Of a stretch of 64,000 bases of DNA, positions 59,301-64,000 are shown piece after piece. The notes under the pieces were generated by a model, which did no database searches, had not been told where the DNA came from, and was given only the letters and a program-made list of their open reading frames with translations. Location of the stretch: assembly GCA_048013815.1 (NCBI GenBank), contig CM106585.1, positions 16,120,001 through 16,184,000 on the forward strand. Direction: 5' to 3'. A program made the translations under genes and the position numbers. How positions within the stretch are numbered: the first letter of the stretch is position 1; every line of letters begins with the position of its first letter. Source of the DNA: Setoptus koraiensis (lineage: Eukaryota; Animalia; Arthropoda).

Positions 59301-62300
59301 GTGTCCGCAAGGCGAGCGTTTCAATTCAACCAGTTTTCTATGTGTTGGAGTGAATGAATGTGAACCACCTGGTATATGCAGTCAACATTGCACGGACACC
59401 AAAAACTCATTCAAGTGTGCATGTGATCCCGGCTACATGTTAGTTAATCATACATTTTGTAAAGCAGCCAATAGAAGCAGCTACAACCCAACGGAGATCT
59501 CAGGAGGTGTCAATGATCCATACCTAATTATATCAAATCGTCGTTCTATACTGATCGCTAATTTAAACACAACGAGCTTAGAAAGAATTCCAGTGAAAGT
59601 GGAAAACGTTGTTGCAACAGCTTCAGATATGAAAACAATGACAATCTATTGGTCGGATATGCAAACGAAAAAAATATTCAAACTTTCCAAAGGTAATAAC
59701 GAACCGCAAGTTATCATAGGGAGCGGCCTTGATTTAGTGGAAGGATTGGCCATCGACTGGATCGGTCGTAAACTTTATTGGGTTGACTCGAGATTAAAAA
59801 CAATCGAGGTCTCCACTTTGGATGGCGATCACAGGCTAATACTCATTAATCAAAATATCAGTCAACCAAGAGGTTTGGCAATCGATCCAACACCGGATGC
59901 GAAATGGCTGTTTTGGACAGATTGGGGTGAGTCTCCGAGAATTGAAAGGGCCGGCTTGGATGGAACTAACAGGTCCACCATCATAAATACTAAAATATAC
60001 TGGCCCAATGGTATAACTCTGGACACACCCAACAAAAGGATATATTTCGCCGATAGTAAATTGGATTACATAGATTTTTGTAATTACGATGGTACAAATA
60101 GGCACCAAGTACTTGCCAATAGTCATTACTTACTTCATCCGCATTCTTTAACTATATTTGAAGATACCATCTACTGGACAGACAGACAATTGAACAGAGT
60201 GATGTCCACACGAAAGTTTAGAGGTGGAAATCAAACAGTTGTATCGCACCTCGTATCTCATCCTCTTGGTATACATGCGAATCATCCTGTGTTGCAGCCC
60301 ATTAGTGCTAACCCTTGTAGTAACTCTACTTGTGACCACATTTGCTTGTTGTCACCCTCCTCGCCTGTCAACTATACCTGTCATTGTCGACCTGGTCACG
60401 TTCTGCAAGATGATAAGCAAAATGGCAAATGCATGCAAGTTGAGACACCATTTTTGATGGTCATGAAATCGTCTCAATTCATTGATATGAGCATAACCAC
60501 GGAGGATTCTAATCAAAAATCTATGAACCATTTTACACCTGTTATTGGTATCGAGAACGGTTTCGATTTTGATTATGATAAACATGAAGATATGGTATAC
60601 TGGGTTAGAATGAAAGAACCAGCTAGTGATAAAAGCAGTGCGCTAGATGGCATGGCGACACCATCCTCTTCCTTCTCGGATGAGAGAGTATCATCGAACA
60701 ATCTCAACATGAATTCCACAGTTTTCAAGGTCAACCTCCGTACTGGTAATTCATCTAGATTTTTACCAGATAGCTTCTTAGGCTATCCTTACTGCGTCGC
60801 ATTCGATTGGCTGGGCAGAAATCTCTATGTTGGAAGTCACAAAGTATCCAGCATCATGATAATTAAGACGGACGGAGAAAAGAACTACCGTCGAACTATA
60901 TTAGATAATGATGGGAAAGCAACCGGAGTTGCCCGCCCCAAAGCTATAGTCCTGGACCCGCCTAATGGCAAAATGTACTGGCTAGATGAAGGTGGCCGAG
61001 GTGTTTCGAAAAAAATAGCCAGAGCCAATATGGATGGACAGGAGTCTGAAATTCTATTTACTCCGTCAGAAGAAACATTAGAATCATTGGCTTATGATCC
61101 ATCAACCCGCAAACTATACTACAGTACTTCAGGTTCCACTAATGGAGCAATATATAGTATTGGTGTAGATGGAATCTTTCCCTCACCGATAACAGTTTAC
61201 TCCAGTTGGCAAGTCGGAAGACCTTTGGGATTATCAATTTTTAACAAGCGTCTCTACTATTTGGATCCAATATACGAGAAGATAGTTAGATTGAATCTTG
61301 ACGGCCAAAAAACCTCCCTTGTTCTAGAGGATAACTCTCCGAATCTCGTAAACATGAAGTTATACAACAAAAGATCCCGAGAAACACATCCATGTCAAAC
61401 CAACAATGGAGGATGTTCGCACCTTTGCGTGCCTGCCGGAAGTGGATCCAAGATATGCAAGTGCAGTTCAGGTTTCAAGAACACTAATAACTCGTCAGAA
61501 CAATGCCAGCCTTACAAGTCGTTCGCTGTGGTAGCCTCTCTTAACAAGATACAGGGCTATAGTTTAGAAGATTCCGCAGAGGCTATGCAACCTCTAGCTG
61601 GTAGTGGACATAATATCTTACATGTGGATGTCCATGTAGCCAAAAGTCACATTTATTGGGTAGAATACAACCCAGGATCGCAATATAATGGTATTTACAG
61701 AATGAAACCAGATGGCCTCGATAAACGCCAGATTATTTCAGAGGGAATAGGAAGCAATGGTATCAGAGGTGTTGCTATAGACTGGGTTGCACAGAATTTG
61801 TACTTTACGAACGTATTCCCTTACGAAACATTCATAGAAGTTTCAGCGCTTGATGGAACAAATCGTCTAGTCATATACAAGACAAGCACCGAATCACCAC
61901 GAGAACTAGCTGTGGATCCTTTGATACGTTACCTTTATTGGATTGATTCTGGTCAATTTCCTAAAATCTGGCGTTCTAATCTAGATGGCTCAGCAAAGAA
62001 TGCCTATGTAGCCAGCAACATTCAACAACCTAGAGATATCACGGTTGATTTATCTACTCATGATGTATATTGGTGTGACAGTGCGGATGATACAATCAGG
62101 AAAATTAGTCTATCAGGTCAGATTACGACAATCTACAAAGAGTTACCTAATCCTTTCGGAATAGCTTTATTAGGAGAGGACGTTTTTTGGGCTGACCGTA
62201 GCGCTCGTCTCGTTTATAAAGGTCCGAAAACGAATACCGACCAAACCCCTCCTCATACATTCAAGTCAGACATTGATAAGCTTAGAGATGTAGTAATATT

Positions 62301-64000
62301 CGATGCAAGAAATCAACCAAATGACGATAGTTCACCTTGTGCAAAGTCTACAAATAACCGTTGTGATCAATTGTGCTTCGCAATGCCAAAAGAAAGTATC
62401 GGGAAATGTGAATGTGCTTTTGGCAAATTGGATGCAGATGGGAGAAAATGTGTTCAAGTTGAAGAATATCTCATATTCACAACTAGGCGTGAAATACGAA
62501 GTGTACATCTAGATAAATCAACCAGCGCACCTTTCTTGCCACATGGAAATCTTTCGAATGTTGTCGGCTTGGATTACGACTATGAGCGTAAGAGGCTGTT
62601 TTTCACACAGATTCGTCCCGAACCTGTCATAGGATATATAGACATGGATACGACCAACTCTCCCACGCGTACAATTGAGGGAAAACCAAAAATAATTTTG
62701 AAACAAGGTATTAATCCAGAGGGTATCGCTTATGATTGGACATCTCAGAAGATTTATTGGACGGATTCAGCAAATCGAAGCATATATGCAATGAATGTTA
62801 ATGGAACCCACATTGTCAACATCATCAGGGTCGATCGCCCGCGGGCTTTAGTTCTAGATCCTTGCGAAGGTTATCTATACTTTACTGATTGGGGCAGATT
62901 GGGAAATTCTGGCCGAATTTACCGTGCCACAATGGCAGGAGATCAGAGAACCGCTATAATCAATGCTAGTTTGACTCAACCATCGGGTCTCACCATAGAT
63001 TATGCAGACCGAAAGCTCTATTGGTCTGACGCGAGCAGAGAAAAGATCGAACGTTCTAACATGGATGGTAGCCTACGCGAGATACTCGTTTCCGCCACCA
63101 TCTACCCCTTTGCTTTAACAGTATCGGGTAACTATATTTATTGGACAGATCTACAGTTGCACGGTGTCTACAGAGCAGAGAAAAATACTGGAGCCAATAT
63201 GTTCGAGATAGTGAAGAGACTCGAAGAATCACCAAGAGATATTCACATCTTTAGTTCACAACAGGTTTTTTGTAACTTAACTCAATGCGCTATCAATAAT
63301 GGCGGGTGCACACAGTCATGTCACCCAGCACCTGGCGGTGTCGAATGCAAATGTCATGGTGGTTTCAAAATAGCCAACGAGGGTAGGATGTGTGTTCCCG
63401 AAAACGTAACTTGTGAAGATACTAAGTTCACGTGTCCCTCTGGTAAGTGTTTACCTCGTTTTTGGGTCTGCGATGGTGATAACGATTGTGGCTCTACGCC
63501 AGCGTGGGCTATTCCAACCCAAATAAGTTCAGCGCCAGTTTCTGCAAACATTAGTGCTGATGAAGACCCAGAATTCTGTAAAGTTCATCAATGTAATCCA
63601 AACGAGTTTCGTTGTAAGAACGGAAGATGCATATTCAAGAACTGGCGCTGCGATCATGATCCTGATTGCGGTAATGGGGACATGTCAGACGAAGAGGATT
63701 GCAAATATCCGCCTTGCGCACCTGGAGAATTCACATGTGATAATCAAAAGTGTATTCCTCAAGCTCAAGTATGTAATGGTATTAATGATTGCAAAGATAG
63801 CAAAACTAGCGACGAAAATCATGATTTATGCCCATCGAACAAGACCTGTCCAGCGGATCATTTCAAATGCCCTCACACTAACATTTGTGTAGAAAACTTT
63901 TGGATGTGTGATTCGGACAATGACTGTGGTTTCGCTGGACCGAATGGCACAGCAGCTGATGAAGACCCAAAACTTTGTGCCGAACGTAAATGCCCAGCTA
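56344..64000 (+). CDS. LRP2: LDL receptor-related protein 2 (megalin), 3'-partial; one continuous reading frame of at least 2552 codons
   Basis: Manual translation from ATG 56344: signal-like [29 protein letters not shown] propeller (ARFVGLDFD...EGLALDW...[31 protein letters not shown]...WPNGLSIDF), EGF, 8 LDLa repeats (about 58060-59220), 2 EGF, four YWTD propellers with EGF spacers, then a new LDLa cluster from about 63410. This matches the cluster II to III region of megalin. No stop was found in the many lines I translated. Confidence 0.93.
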   Translation, partial: MLWLPFIVSLYSIYLVSSPSHGQLTLQVPTTLAPILIDKQRSTSPNVINNDSPCTKDNGGCQYLCVILNNFSNVSNSSSSGNNSSNSSNNNNNDTSISLSTNNNNNQTIKSSLLEATTSIQKYKCACPVGLQLDNDLKKCVPIDEILLYSQQRHVRGVILSNGTPRPSFTYNASTTYLPSNIYTTLSLSGKNSTVQVSQQTNATFRAYKGSQPIFNQTFSDVIVPIESRTARFVGLDFDTRNQFIYYSDVLLDVIYKVRLNGTGRENVLASQSEGVEGLALDWASQNLYYIDSRKGTLNVVNVANTTQRRVLLTNLKRPRAIVVHPNRGFVFYSEWDRPANISRAYLDGTNVVTFRGVLLGWPNGLSIDFLTDRLYWCDALLDHIQHSNLDGTDVKTITMPLIKHPFSLVIHQEWIYVTDWRLDAIIRLHKETGANEKLVLSVEEGNRLYGIKIYSQKNQVIHSHHPCANGISQCQKFCFAVPVMISQGDIISTPTVTAIANVTNSTTNLSKITTNATTINNMMIDPSTIKFVQSSDTNSGLVAVCGCPYGEKLASDNKTCMTDPKREPPINPCPNAWDFTCDNQRCIPKSWQCDGDDDCLDGSDERHGSDGKHNCSQATCTSREFQCATGKCIPISFKCDSDNDCADGSDEQGCRSVTCESSEFACANGRCISKTWVCDGENDCTDGSDESKPCNHSTCAYYQFTCPGTGTCIPTSWKCDGENDCGDDKEGETADEKDCPPIKCTSTQFRCENGKTCIHKSYKCDGIFDCGDKSDEADCKNTQAGNPSGQPAGICDEHSRDQFQCPSTKTCIPKAFRCDGSRDCPDGADETNCDSYACPPNHFKCANGKCLPSLTWICDGNDDCGDDSDEGALHACKPPPFYCPHGQWQCPTSSLPSIIKSAKSSSSTSNIKFNPKASTSFKTTTNPMQSTVGLEKCIPIENICNGKSDCPNGGDEGPSCDLAVCPQGLCGSNNCTVTPLGPLCKCPQGERFNSTSFLCVGVNECEPPGICSQHCTDTKNSFKCACDPGYMLVNHTFCKAANRSSYNPTEISGGVNDPYLIISNRRSILIANLNTTSLERIPVKVENVVATASDMKTMTIYWSDMQTKKIFKLSKGNNEPQVIIGSGLDLVEGLAIDWIGRKLYWVDSRLKTIEVSTLDGDHRLILINQNISQPRGLAIDPTPDAKWLFWTDWGESPRIERAGLDGTNRSTIINTKIYWPNGITLDTPNKRIYFADSKLDYIDFCNYDGTNRHQVLANSHYLLHPHSLTIFEDTIYWTDRQLNRVMSTRKFRGGNQTVVSHLVSHPLGIHANHPVLQPISANPCSNSTCDHICLLSPSSPVNYTCHCRPGHVLQDDKQNGKCMQVETPFLMVMKSSQFIDMSITTEDSNQKSMNHFTPVIGIENGFDFDYDKHEDMVYWVRMKEPASDKSSALDGMATPSSSFSDERVSSNNLNMNSTVFKVNLRTGNSSRFLPDSFLGYPYCVAFDWLGRNLYVGSHKVSSIMIIKTDGEKNYRRTILDNDGKATGVARPKAIVLDPPNGKMYWLDEGGRGVSKKIARANMDGQESEILFTPSEETLESLAYDPSTRKLYYSTSGSTNGAIYSIGVDGIFPSPITVYSSWQVGRPLGLSIFNKRLYYLDPIYEKIVRLNLDGQKTSLVLEDNSPNLVNMKLYNKRSRETHPCQTNNGGCSHLCVPAGSGSKICKCSSGFKNTNNSSEQCQPYKSFAVVASLNKIQGYSLEDSAEAMQPLAGSGHNILHVDVHVAKSHIYWVEYNPGSQYNGIYRMKPDGLDKRQIISEGIGSNGIRGVAIDWVAQNLYFTNVFPYETFIEVSALDGTNRLVIYKTSTESPRELAVDPLIRYLYWIDSGQFPKIWRSNLDGSAKNAYVASNIQQPRDITVDLSTHDVYWCDSADDTIRKISLSGQITTIYKELPNPFGIALLGEDVFWADRSARLVYKGPKTNTDQTPPHTFKSDIDKLRDVVIFDARNQPNDDSSPCAKSTNNRCDQLCFAMPKESIGKCECAFGKLDADGRKCVQVEEYLIFTTRREIRSVHLDKSTSAPFLPHGNLSNVVGLDYDYERKRLFFTQIRPEPVIGYIDMDTTNSPTRTIEGKPKIILKQGINPEGIAYDWTSQKIYWTDSANRSIYAMNVNGTHIVNIIRVDRPRALVLDPCEGYLYFTDWGRLGNSGRIYRATMAGDQRTAIINASLTQPSGLTIDYADRKLYWSDASREKIERSNMDGSLREILVSATIYPFALTVSGNYIYWTDLQLHGVYRAEKNTGANMFEIVKRLEESPRDIHIFSSQQVFCNLTQCAINNGGCTQSCHPAPGGVECKCHGGFKIANEGRMCVPENVTCEDTKFTCPSGKCLPRFWVCDGDNDCGSTPAWAIPTQISSAPVSANISADEDPEFCKVHQCNPNEFRCKNGRCIFKNWRCDHDPDCGNGDMSDEEDCKYPPCAPGEFTCDNQKCIPQAQVCNGINDCKDSKTSDENHDLCPSNKTCPADHFKCPHTNICVENFWMCDSDNDCGFAGPNGTAADEDPKLCAERKCPA

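Overview
Eukaryotic genomic DNA, about 38-40% GC by eye, from a compact and intron-poor arthropod. Conserved genes are mostly intronless, the few introns are 83-153 nt, Asn/His/Ser-rich low-complexity protein segments are common, and CA/GA microsatellites occur. This fits an acariform mite, most likely eriophyoid (inference; no database search was possible). Recognisable genes in order: casein kinase I gamma (runs off the left edge), TMEM47/VAB-9, INPP5A, a GPAT1-like protein, a 1596-aa orphan single-pass membrane protein, MAK16, NDUFA9, PRAS40/AKT1S1, histone H1, NCBP1/CBP80, ATG16, YTHDC1, a 1312-aa orphan, PRMT5, a classical SDR, and LRP2/megalin (runs off the right edge). No tRNA, rRNA, CRISPR array or intact transposon was found. 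The most notable observations are: (1) YTHDC1 has a strong splice acceptor but no start codon of its own, and a phase-compatible ATG-A|GTAGGT mini-exon lies upstream of ATG16, suggesting one promoter and an alternative-splicing switch with ATG16 nested in the first YTHDC1 intron; (2) the GPAT1 homolog has an intact ORF but lacks the catalytic His and motifs II-III; (3) megalin appears to start after ligand-binding cluster I; (4) two convergent gene pairs have a zero-base gap or overlapping CDS ends; (5) intron-sized in-frame insertions recur in genes that have lost introns.
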